Source of the DNA: Candidatus Cloacimonadales bacterium
GTDB lineage: Bacteria > Cloacimonadota > Cloacimonadia > Cloacimonadales > JAFGVF01
Reading direction: 5' to 3'
Assembly: GCA_963678315.1 (NCBI GenBank)
Contig: OY782781.1
Coordinates: 352,001-416,000 of the forward strand
DNA length: 64,000 bases
The notes under the pieces were generated by a model that saw only the letters and a list, made by a program, of their open reading frames with translations, was not told the DNA's origin and searched no databases. A program made the translations under genes and the position numbers. This document shows positions 9,820 through 18,989 of the stretch, one piece after another. Positions within the stretch are counted from its first letter, which is position 1. The number at the start of each line of letters is the position of its first letter.

Positions 9820-11205
9820 ATGTTTAACGATCTTTCAGATAGATTAGATAAAGTATTTAGAAATTTAAAAGGTAAAGGAAAGTTAACAGAAAAGAATATT
9901 AAAGATTCTTTACGTGAGATTAGAATGGCTCTTCTTGAAGCTGATGTTAACTATAAGATTGTTAAAAAGTTTGTTAAAGACATTGAAGAACAATGCCTAG
10001 GCCAAGAAGTAATGAAATCACTTACTCCTGGTCAACAAGTAGTTAAAATTGTTAATGATGAGCTTACAAAGTTAATGGATACAGAAAATTTTGAAGTTAA
10101 GCTCTACGATAATAAAATTAACAAAATCATGTTAGTTGGACTTCAAGGTTCAGGTAAGACTACAGCTTGTTCCAAGCTTGCTACTTTTTTTAGAAAAAAG
10201 AAAAACATCATGCCTGCAATGGTTGCATGTGATGTGTATAGACCTGCTGCGATTCACCAGCTTGAAGTATTAGGTAAAGAAATTGGTGTTCCTGTTCACA
10301 GTAATCTTGAAACAAAAGATGTTGTTAAAATAGCTAAAGATGCTCTACAGATAGCAGATTTAAAATCACAAAACTTAGTTATCTTTGATACTGCAGGACG
10401 ACTTCATATTGATGAAGAGATGATGGATGAAGTTTATCGTTTGAAAGACTTTGTTAAACCTGACTATATATTCTTTGTTGCTGATGCTATGACTGGTCAA
10501 GATGCTGTAAACGTTGCTAAAGAATTCAATGACAAACTGAACTTTGATGGTGTTATTCTAACTAAGTTAGATGGTGATTCTAGAGGTGGTGCTTCTTTAT
10601 CTATTAAGGCAGTTACAGGTAAGCCTGTTGCTTTTGTAGGTGTTGGTGAAAAACCAAGTGATTTAGAAGCTTTTTACGCTGATAGAATGGCTTCTCGTAT
10701 CCTGGGTATGGGTGATGTGTTAACGCTAATAGAAAAGGCTGAAACATCCCTTAATGAGCAAGAAGCAGAGAAGCTAGCTAAAAAGCTAAAGAAAAATCAG
10801 TTTGACTTAGATGATTTCTTAAAGCAGTTACAACAAATCAAGAAAATGGGTCCATTAGAAAACCTTTTAAAGCTTATACCGGGAGTTAACTCAAAAGCTC
10901 TTTCTGGGGCAAACTTGAGTGGTAAAGAACTAATTCATGTTGAAGCAATAATTACTTCTATGACCAAAAATGAACGTTCAGAACCAGCAATAATCAATGG
11001 TGCCAGAAGATTAAGAATTGCTAAAGGCTCTGGCCGTAGTGTGCAAGAGGTTAATAAACTTCTTAAACAATTCAAGCAAATGAAAGAAATGATTAAGAAG
11101 ATGAACAATCCTAAAATGATGAAGAAAATGGCTAAAATGGGTAAAGGTGGAATGCCAAATATTCCAGGTATGCCGAACATGCCTAAGATGCCTAATGACC
11201 AATAA
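9820..11205 (+). CDS. ffh: Signal recognition particle protein
   Basis: 'GLQGSGKTT', 'DVYRPAA', 'DTAGR', 'TKLDGDSRGG', Met-rich M domain. Confidence 0.98.
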   Translation: MFNDLSDRLDKVFRNLKGKGKLTEKNIKDSLREIRMALLEADVNYKIVKKFVKDIEEQCLGQEVMKSLTPGQQVVKIVNDELTKLMDTENFEVKLYDNKINKIMLVGLQGSGKTTACSKLATFFRKKKNIMPAMVACDVYRPAAIHQLEVLGKEIGVPVHSNLETKDVVKIAKDALQIADLKSQNLVIFDTAGRLHIDEEMMDEVYRLKDFVKPDYIFFVADAMTGQDAVNVAKEFNDKLNFDGVILTKLDGDSRGGASLSIKAVTGKPVAFVGVGEKPSDLEAFYADRMASRILGMGDVLTLIEKAETSLNEQEAEKLAKKLKKNQFDLDDFLKQLQQIKKMGPLENLLKLIPGVNSKALSGANLSGKELIHVEAIITSMTKNERSEPAIINGARRLRIAKGSGRSVQEVNKLLKQFKQMKEMIKKMNNPKMMKKMAKMGKGGMPNIPGMPNMPKMPNDQ

Positions 11206-11231
11206 TCATTATAAAAACAAATAAATTTATC

Positions 11232-11261
11232 AAGCTGAGTAGTTTTCTACTCAGCTTTTTT
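11232..11261 (+). terminator. Intrinsic terminator after ffh
   Basis: AAGCTGAGTAG-TTTT-CTACTCAGCTT followed by a T-run. Confidence 0.9.
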
Positions 11262-11450
11262 GTTTATAAATTTCAACATTTTTCATAAACCCATTTGATG
11301 CTGTAGGCTTCACGTGAAGAGTGCAGATTTCGTCTAAGACAGACACAGTCTTTCAGCAAATAGCTTGCAGAATCCAAGCTTGAATAATATAATGCTATTT
11401 TTGAAGTTCTATAAAAAACTGAGCTATGCTAAAAAAGTAATTAAATTAGT

Positions 11451-11480
11451 TTGACAAAGTATCCAATTCTTATCTAAACT
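11451..11480 (+). promoter_or_regulatory. Putative sigma70 promoter of the LPP20/PEGA/Fn3-FGE locus
   Basis: TTGACA-18 nt-TAAACT upstream of 11607. Confidence 0.45.
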
Positions 11481-11606
11481 GTTTATAGTTTTGGAGGTGA
11501 TTATATAATCTTTTAAAATAGCAAGATACAATTAATAATTTCCAATACAAAAGATAAGAACATTTATGTATAGATTTAGTTACATTGATTTTTAATTGGA
11601 GGAAAC

Positions 11607-13430
11607 TTGCATACTGGCAAAAGAGTTATAATTTCTTTGATTTTTATTTTTTTATCGCTTACTTTATTTGGTTATACTAGAAATGAGATTGAGGACTTAA
11701 GAAAAAATAGTGAATGGATAGTTGGTTATGGTGAAAGCTATTCTGAACATAAGGCAGATGAGATGGCTATCAACGACTTGCTGTCACAGATAACAGTGCA
11801 AGTTGAAGCTTCATTTGAAAACATTGTTGAAGAAGAGAATGGCAAGGTTAGAGACTATTGTTTATCTGCACTTTCTACTTATTCTTCAGCTCGTTTAGAT
11901 GGTGCTGAGCGTAGTATATTTGAAGATGATGGAGAGTATATAGTCTATCGTTATATAAGGAAAGCTGATAAAAACCGAATCTTCGAGAATAGAGGTAAGC
12001 TAATAAAAGATTATGCAAGAAGAGGATTCCAAGCAGAGAAAGAACTAAGAATTGGTGATGCTCTAATGAACTATTATTGGTCATTAGTATTATTACGTAC
12101 CCATCCTGACTGGGATGTTATCGATGAAACTTTTGATTCTTGTCCTGAAACATTAATAACCTACCTTCCTGACCGTATTCGTAGAATATACAGCCTAATT
12201 GATTTAACTATCAGCAATAAACATTATGACAGTGATTATGATATTAGCCTGGTAGAAATCTCAGCTCTTTATAAGAATAGTCCCATTCGTAATCTTGATT
12301 TCAAGTTCTATCATGGTAATGATTGGTCTATGCCTGTTGGAGTATTCCAAGGTAAAGCTCCCCTAGAGTTTATGTGTAAGCTAGAAGACTTACCAGAAAC
12401 ATTGAAGCTAAATATAATGTATAATGACCCTCATAAAGCATCTCACAACAGAGATCTAAGAAATGTTCTTGATAATATGCCTTGTCCTGCTTTCAGGGAA
12501 GCAAGGTTTGAAATTAATCTTTCTTCAGCTTCTAAAAACAACAACTCAAATGTTTCTGTAAATGTATATAATTCAGGTGATAAGAGCCCTAACCCTAAGA
12601 TTTCTATTCTAGCTAAGAATATTATTAATACTATCAATAAAGGGGATATCGATTGTTTAGCTAAAGACCTTACTTCTAAGGGTAAAGCTGATTTCCAAGA
12701 TATATTACTCTATGGTCAGGCAAAAGCACTTTCTAAATCCTATAAGTTAAAGCTAGTAGAGTTTGGTGGAAAGACCTACCTAAAAGGAATTTCAGCTCAG
12801 TTTAGTTTCCCTAATAGTGATAGAAAATTTAGTGAAGAGCTTGTCTTTGTTCTTAATGATGAAGATAAAATCGATAAAGTTAATTTTGCTCTTTCTCCTG
12901 AAGCAGTAGATAATATTTTAGCTGGTCTGGTTGCTACTGATGAAGAAAAGTTTCAAATTATACAGTTTATTGAAGAGTATAAAACTGCTTATTGCACAGA
13001 AGATGTAGAACTTATTGAAAAGATATTTGATGACAATGCTCTCATTATTGTAGGTCAGATGGTTGAAGATACAGATGAAAATATTGACAGTATGTACAGA
13101 ACCTTAGGACGTAAATGGCGTCCAATGAAGTATTCTAAAAAGCAGTATATAAGAAATCTGAAATCAGTCTTTAGTGGTAATGAATATGTGAATATCCACT
13201 TTGAAGATAATAAAGTATCTAGAGTAAATAGTAAGACTAAAAAGATCTTTGGTATTCAGATTCATCAGTATTACTATAGTCAAAACTACTCTGATGAAGG
13301 TTTTCTTTTCTTAATGTTTGATTTAACTGAAATTAAGAATCCAAAAATATATGTTCGTACTTGGCAACCTGAAAAGAATCCTGATGGAACAGTCTATGGA
13401 TTGGAAGATTTCTATCTTCCTAAAAGATAG
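11607..13430 (+). CDS. Secreted protein with LPP20-like N-domain and NTF2/SnoaL-like C-domain
   Basis: TTG start after GGAGG; signal peptide; 'VGYGES...ADEMAINDLLSQITVQVEASF' (LPP20-like); 'YKTAY...IFDDNALIIVG' (NTF2-like); paralog of 39927..41741. Confidence 0.65.
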   Translation: MHTGKRVIISLIFIFLSLTLFGYTRNEIEDLRKNSEWIVGYGESYSEHKADEMAINDLLSQITVQVEASFENIVEEENGKVRDYCLSALSTYSSARLDGAERSIFEDDGEYIVYRYIRKADKNRIFENRGKLIKDYARRGFQAEKELRIGDALMNYYWSLVLLRTHPDWDVIDETFDSCPETLITYLPDRIRRIYSLIDLTISNKHYDSDYDISLVEISALYKNSPIRNLDFKFYHGNDWSMPVGVFQGKAPLEFMCKLEDLPETLKLNIMYNDPHKASHNRDLRNVLDNMPCPAFREARFEINLSSASKNNNSNVSVNVYNSGDKSPNPKISILAKNIINTINKGDIDCLAKDLTSKGKADFQDILLYGQAKALSKSYKLKLVEFGGKTYLKGISAQFSFPNSDRKFSEELVFVLNDEDKIDKVNFALSPEAVDNILAGLVATDEEKFQIIQFIEEYKTAYCTEDVELIEKIFDDNALIIVGQMVEDTDENIDSMYRTLGRKWRPMKYSKKQYIRNLKSVFSGNEYVNIHFEDNKVSRVNSKTKKIFGIQIHQYYYSQNYSDEGFLFLMFDLTEIKNPKIYVRTWQPEKNPDGTVYGLEDFYLPKR

Positions 13431-13450
13431 TATTACAAAGGGTATATGTT

Positions 13451-13845
13451 TTTAGCTAAGATATACTCAATCTATAAAAAGAAAAAGTTTTTTTACATAT
13501 ATGTGGAGGTAATGTGAAATTTAAATTTGTGATTATATTATTGTTTTTAACTTCTTTAATTTGTGCTTCTGAAATGCTTATTAGAAAGCATTTATACGAT
13601 TTATGTCTTTAGTTTTTGCTTTGTTTTTTCAAAAACAAATCGGTAATAGCTTGGGTGAATCTTTTTTGCTGAAGACGTATTTTAATACTTCGAAGTAAAA
13701 GATTTAGCTAAGATATACCGAATCTATAAAAAGAAAAAGTTTTTTACATATATGTGGAGGTAATGTGAAACTAAAACTTGTGATTATATTATTGTTTTTA
13801 ACTTCTTTAATTTGTGCTTCTGAAATGGTTATTAGCAAGCATTTA
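13451..13845 (+). repeat. ~143-bp direct repeat (13451-13594 and 13703-13845): orphan copy of the PEGA gene 5' region
   Basis: Both copies read tttagctaagatata...ggaggtaatGTGaaa...gcttctgaaatg...aagcattta. The first copy stops at TAG 13610-13612 after 32 codons. Confidence 0.9.
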
Positions 13846-15753
13846 ACAGAAGAACTTGGAGACCTAACCTTAAGGCAATCTCCCAAGACCGACATGAGTG
13901 GTAACCGGTGTGCTCTCATAAAGGTAAGTACAGATTTACTTCCTTTCGATGAGATAGAATCAAACAAAACACCTGTTGCTATCGAGAACAAGATAGGTGA
14001 AGTGTGGATATATCTTTCCCCTGGTGATAAAAGGCTATATTTCAATAAAAAGGGGTATGCTCGCTACAAGTATGATATACCTCTCAATTTAAAGAGCAAT
14101 GTTGTATATTCTCTAACAATCTTAGGCAAGGGCAATAACGTAGAATCTATTGATAATGTTGTAGATTTAATATTTAACTTGAACCAAGATGGGGTTCTAA
14201 TTACTAGAAATGGGAAAGCTCCTATTAAGGCTACTTCTAAGACTGTACAATTTAGTTTAGCAAGAGGAAAGCACAGCTTCAAATTCGAGAAACCTGGTTT
14301 TATAACGATGGGAAAGGATATTGAAGTCTCAAAAGATGAACTTGTAAATATTGATATGCAAAAAGGTTCTTCTGAGGTTAGCTTCACTTCTCCCGGTATT
14401 GTTATCATTCATTCTGATCCTCAAGGAGCTCAAGTAGAGCTAAATGGACAGCTAGTTGGTAATACTCTTGGCGCTTATCAAGGTCTTCATTATGCCGGTG
14501 ATTATACTCTTACTCTCAAAAAGAAGATGTATCATTCTATCTCAAAAACTTTTAATCTTAATTCAGGGGAAACACTAGAAATCCCTTCAATAAAACTAAA
14601 ACCAAAGTTTGGCTACTGGCAAGTATCAACAAATCCCCCAGGGGCGGACATATATCTAGATGAAAAGCTGGTCGGCAAGAGTCCTCTTGACAAAGCTAAA
14701 ATACCTAGCGGGAATCATACTCTCAGAATTTCTAATGACAGATACAAGACACACCAAGAGTCTTTTGAAGTTAAAGATGGTGACCAAGCAGAGTTTGATT
14801 TAGACCTTCAAGCTAACTTTGCTAGAGTAGAGATTAACTCTGCTCCTGAAGATGGAGCCACTGTCTTTATTGATAATGTTGAAGTAGGGCAAACACCTTA
14901 TGTAGATGAAATGATGCTTGCAGGGACTTATGATGTTAGAATAGAAAAAGACCTTTGGAGTGGTTCCAGTGAGACCATAACCGTAAGCCCAAGTAGCCCA
15001 ATCAAAGAACTTCTAATCCTAACTAAAAACTTCGGTACCCTTGTGGTAAATGCTCCCAAGTCTACAATCTTTTTGGATGGAGTTCAAGTAGCTAATGATA
15101 GCTTTACAAGAAACTTAGTTGCTGGAAACTATAAGATTCGTGTTGAAAAAGATAAACATAAAACTATTGAGAAAAACATCTTTGTTAATATTGGAGAAAC
15201 TACTACTGAGGATATCAATCCAAGTCCTATCCTAGCTTCTATATCAGTTTTTGCAGTTGATAAGAGAGCTCCTGAAAATAAGATTATAGGTGCTGATATC
15301 TATGTAGATAATGAGAAGACAGACAAGAAAACACCTTCTGTAATGGAGATGCTCTACGGAAAATATAATATTACTCTGCAACATCCTAAATATCTAGAAC
15401 TTACCAAAAGTGTCTCTCTTAAAGAAGGAGATACTAAAACTATTACCTTTGAGTTAGATACCTATTCAGGCTCGTTAACAGCTAAAAGAGATACTTGGAA
15501 AACTCAAACTTACTTAGGCTTAATTTCTACTGCTCTCATTGTAGGTGGAGGTCTCTATTGCAATAAGATTGCTAATGACAACTTTGATATTTATGAAAGC
15601 ACTTATAATACTACTGAAGCTATTGATGCTAGATCCAGAACCGAAGACTTTGAAAACTACCGTGATTACTGTTACTACTCAGCCTCGGTTACGACTGCCT
15701 ATACTGTCTTTAGTTGGATTAAAACATTAATCTATGGCAGTGAGTTAAAATAA
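13765..15753 (+). CDS. Multi-PEGA-domain secreted protein
   Basis: Signal peptide; N-domain 'D.SGNRCALIKV...GEVWIYL'; repeated 'S.P.GA.V..(D/N)...G.(T/S)P' PEGA units; C-terminal hydrophobic hairpin. Confidence 0.85.
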   Translation: MKLKLVIILLFLTSLICASEMVISKHLTEELGDLTLRQSPKTDMSGNRCALIKVSTDLLPFDEIESNKTPVAIENKIGEVWIYLSPGDKRLYFNKKGYARYKYDIPLNLKSNVVYSLTILGKGNNVESIDNVVDLIFNLNQDGVLITRNGKAPIKATSKTVQFSLARGKHSFKFEKPGFITMGKDIEVSKDELVNIDMQKGSSEVSFTSPGIVIIHSDPQGAQVELNGQLVGNTLGAYQGLHYAGDYTLTLKKKMYHSISKTFNLNSGETLEIPSIKLKPKFGYWQVSTNPPGADIYLDEKLVGKSPLDKAKIPSGNHTLRISNDRYKTHQESFEVKDGDQAEFDLDLQANFARVEINSAPEDGATVFIDNVEVGQTPYVDEMMLAGTYDVRIEKDLWSGSSETITVSPSSPIKELLILTKNFGTLVVNAPKSTIFLDGVQVANDSFTRNLVAGNYKIRVEKDKHKTIEKNIFVNIGETTTEDINPSPILASISVFAVDKRAPENKIIGADIYVDNEKTDKKTPSVMEMLYGKYNITLQHPKYLELTKSVSLKEGDTKTITFELDTYSGSLTAKRDTWKTQTYLGLISTALIVGGGLYCNKIANDNFDIYESTYNTTEAIDARSRTEDFENYRDYCYYSASVTTAYTVFSWIKTLIYGSELK

Positions 15754-15766
15754 GGAGCTTACTATT

Positions 15767-18760
15767 ATGAAATATATGATTAAAATTGTGATTACTTTAA
15801 GCCTTTTGCTTGTACTCTCATGTGATGACCATGAGTTTAAGAACCCTGCTGATTTAGAAACAGGGGTTGAACTTACAGGACCAGTTGAATTTAGCGTTGA
15901 GCAGTTAACTGTCACTTCATGTGAGTTATCTTGGGCATTTAATGGTAATATTGCAATAGGTTTCAAAATAGATAGGAAACAGGATGATGAAGATTGGCTT
16001 GTAGCTTATAAAACATTAAATATCGATAAATTGAATTTTACTGACACTGATTTAAAGGCTACTTCCTCTTATAAATATAAGGTTTATGCTTTTGTTGGTG
16101 ATAACAACTCTAGTAGTATGCAAGAAGAAATAGCAATGACTTTCCCAGCTCCAACCGACTTAGATCTTTCCCAAGCTTCAGTTACATCCTGCCAGTTAAA
16201 CTGGTCTGATAACAGCAATGGAGAAGAAGGATTTAAGATTGACCGTAAGAAAGATGACCAAGATTGGGTTATTGCTTATCAAAGCTTGGATGCTAATCAA
16301 GAATCTTATTCTGATAATGAATTAGAAGCCAGAGCAAGCTATCAATATAGAGTATATGCCTTTGTTGATGATAATACTTCTAATAGTAGCCAAGAAGAAA
16401 TAGCAATGATTTTTCCAGCTCCAACCGACTTAGTTCTTTCTCAAACTTCTGTTACATCCTGCAAGTTAACTTGGTCTGATAACAGCAATGGAGAAGAAGG
16501 TTTTAAGATAGACCGTAAAAAAGATGACCAAGATTGGATTATAGGCTATCAAAGCTTGGATGCTAACCAAGAAACTTATATCGATGATAGTTTGGAAATA
16601 AATTCAACTTATTCTTATAGAGTATATGGTTTTAACAATGATGTATCTTCGAATAGTACTATAAATAATACTGTTATCTTATTCAATGGTCCTGATAGAT
16701 TGTTGATCAATAGAGAATCAATTAGTTCATGTAGCCTTTGGTGGAATGATAACAGCAATGGAGAAGATGGCTTCAAAATCGATAGAAAGAAAGGTAATGA
16801 AGAATGGCAAATGAATTATCAAATTTTAAATGAAGATGTTCGTGTCTTTAATGATGAAAATTTAGAAGTTAATCAAGTTTACCAATATAGAGTTAGAGCT
16901 TATTTCGAAGATTTTGAAACAGATGCTGTATTGAACTCAATATCTATGGAGTTCAATAGCCCAACTAACCTTGAAGTGGTGCAACAGTCAATAGCATCAT
17001 GTGATTTATCTTGGAATGATAACACTGCCTATGAAGACGGGTATATTGTAGATAGGAAGAAAGATGATGATGATTGGAATATTGGCTATAAAATGCTTAA
17101 TGTAAATGTGAATGGTTTTGTTGATGAAGAGTTAGAACCATATTCATTATATAGTTATAGAGTTTATGCTTACACTGATAATTTTACTTCTAATTTTAGT
17201 TCTAATGAAATCAGTATGACTTTTCCAGCTCTCAGTGACTTAGAAGTTAGCCAAACTTCGCTTTCATCATGCCAGCTAATCTGGTCTGATAACAGCAATG
17301 GTGAAGATGGTTTTAAGATTGACCGTAAGCAAGATGATCAAGATTGGATTATAGGCTATCAAAGCTTGGATGCTAATCAAGAATCATTTGTAGACACAGA
17401 GTTAGAAATTAGTGCAAACTATCAGTATAGAGTATATGCTTTTTTGGGAGATAATAATTCTAATAGTAGTCAGGAAGAAATATTATTGATTATTCCTGCA
17501 CCTAGTGACTTAGATATTATTCAAACTTCGCTTTCATCATGCCAATTAATCTGGTCTGATAACAGCAATGGTGAAGAAGGATTTAAATTTGACCGCAAAA
17601 AAGATGATCAAGATTGGATTATAGGCTATCAAAACTTGGATGCTAATCAAGAATCATTTGTAGACACAGAGTTAGAAATTAGTGCGAACTATCAGTATAG
17701 AGTATATGCTTTTTTGGGAGATAATAATTCTAATAGTAGTCAGGAAGAATTATTAATGATTATTCCTGCACCTAGTGACTTAGAAATTATTCAAACTTCG
17801 CCTACATCATGCCAGTTAATCTGGTCTGATAACAGCAATGGTGAAGAAGGATTTAAAATTGACCGCAAAAAAGATGATCAAGATTGGATTATAGGCTATC
17901 AAAGCTTGGATGCTAATCAAGAATCATATACTGATGATGATTTAGAAACTAATTCTATCTATCATTACAGGATGTGTGCTTTTTCGGGTAATAGTAATTC
18001 AGATTATGTTGAAGAATCTATCAATACTCTCTATGGAAATCTTATCTTTGTAGAAGGTGACACTTTTACAATGGGAGACCATTTCAATGAAGGTGGTAGT
18101 AGTGAACTCCCACTCCACCAAGTTACAATAAATTCTTTTTATATTGGTAAGTATGAAGTAACCCAAGCTGAGTATCAAATAATGATGGAAGAAAATCCAA
18201 GTTCATTTTTAGGTTCAGTTAAGCCTGTAGAATCAGTAACTTGGTATAATGCTGTTGAATATTGTAATGCTAGAAGTCTTCAAGAAGGTTTAACACCATG
18301 TTATGATACATCAGATTGGTCTTGTGACTTTACAGCTAATGGTTATAGGCTACCTACTGAAGCTGAGTGGGAGTATGCAGCCCGTGGGGGTGTAAATCAT
18401 GTAGATGATTATAGATATAGCGGTTGTCATAATGAAGCTGATTTAACTGATTATGCCTGGTATTCTGCTAATTCAAATAGTCAAACCCATGAAGTTGGCA
18501 ATAAAAACCCTAATCAACTTGGTATCTATGATATGTCTGGAAATGTTATGGAGTGGTGTAATGACTGGTATGATTCAGATTACTACAGCTCTTCTCCAAG
18601 TGACAACCCAAATGGACCTAATAGTGGTTCTTATCGCATCTTAAGAGGTGGGGCTTGGATCTTTAGTGCCAGATATTGTTCTGTTGCTAGTCGTAGAAAC
18701 AACGATCCTGACATCAATTACCACGGTATAGGCTTTCGCCTAGTCCGTTCTTTAGATTAA
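15767..18760 (+). CDS. Lipoprotein with 8 Fn3 repeats and a C-terminal FGE-sulfatase (SUMF1, CLec-fold) domain; candidate DGR target
   Basis: Lipobox VLS-C; eight 90-aa units 'W.DNS.GE.GFKIDRK...Y.YRVYA'; FGE motifs 'FTMG', 'YEVTQ', 'RLPTEAEWEYAARGG', 'DMSGNV.EW', 'RGG.W', 'GFRLVR'. Confidence 0.9.
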   Translation: MKYMIKIVITLSLLLVLSCDDHEFKNPADLETGVELTGPVEFSVEQLTVTSCELSWAFNGNIAIGFKIDRKQDDEDWLVAYKTLNIDKLNFTDTDLKATSSYKYKVYAFVGDNNSSSMQEEIAMTFPAPTDLDLSQASVTSCQLNWSDNSNGEEGFKIDRKKDDQDWVIAYQSLDANQESYSDNELEARASYQYRVYAFVDDNTSNSSQEEIAMIFPAPTDLVLSQTSVTSCKLTWSDNSNGEEGFKIDRKKDDQDWIIGYQSLDANQETYIDDSLEINSTYSYRVYGFNNDVSSNSTINNTVILFNGPDRLLINRESISSCSLWWNDNSNGEDGFKIDRKKGNEEWQMNYQILNEDVRVFNDENLEVNQVYQYRVRAYFEDFETDAVLNSISMEFNSPTNLEVVQQSIASCDLSWNDNTAYEDGYIVDRKKDDDDWNIGYKMLNVNVNGFVDEELEPYSLYSYRVYAYTDNFTSNFSSNEISMTFPALSDLEVSQTSLSSCQLIWSDNSNGEDGFKIDRKQDDQDWIIGYQSLDANQESFVDTELEISANYQYRVYAFLGDNNSNSSQEEILLIIPAPSDLDIIQTSLSSCQLIWSDNSNGEEGFKFDRKKDDQDWIIGYQNLDANQESFVDTELEISANYQYRVYAFLGDNNSNSSQEELLMIIPAPSDLEIIQTSPTSCQLIWSDNSNGEEGFKIDRKKDDQDWIIGYQSLDANQESYTDDDLETNSIYHYRMCAFSGNSNSDYVEESINTLYGNLIFVEGDTFTMGDHFNEGGSSELPLHQVTINSFYIGKYEVTQAEYQIMMEENPSSFLGSVKPVESVTWYNAVEYCNARSLQEGLTPCYDTSDWSCDFTANGYRLPTEAEWEYAARGGVNHVDDYRYSGCHNEADLTDYAWYSANSNSQTHEVGNKNPNQLGIYDMSGNVMEWCNDWYDSDYYSSSPSDNPNGPNSGSYRILRGGAWIFSARYCSVASRRNNDPDINYHGIGFRLVRSLD
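15871..18030 (+). repeat. Intragenic tandem array, 8 x 270 bp (Fn3 units)
   Basis: Units start at 15871, 16141, 16411, 16681, 16951, 17221, 17491 and 17761. Units 2/3 and 6/7/8 are near-identical in DNA. Confidence 0.92.
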
Positions 18761-18846
18761 TCTTGATCTATGAAACATATAGGTTTGGCAAAGTAACTTC
18801 TGCAAGATATGGAAGACCATTTAATCTAATAGTACTTCTCAAACTG

Positions 18847-18989
18847 TTGATGCTAGAACCAGAACCAAAGACTTTGAAAATACCGTGATTTGAGCTACTA
18901 CTCAGCCTCGGTTACGACTGTCTATACTGTCTTTAATCGGATTAGAACGTTAATCTATGGCAATAAATTAAAACAAGGAGCATGCTATT
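18847..18989 (+). pseudogene. Degenerate duplicate of the PEGA gene 3' end plus RBS
   Basis: Aligns with 15623-15766 (ttgatgctaga.ccagaacc.aagactttgaaaa...ctcagcctcggttacgactg...aaggagc); contains a 1-nt deletion. Confidence 0.85.

Noticed and set aside
11262..11450. SRP RNA or another ncRNA after ffh, including the palindrome CTTCACGTGAAG
   Set aside because: No SRP helix-8 motif and no extended structure; a single 12-bp palindrome is not enough evidence.
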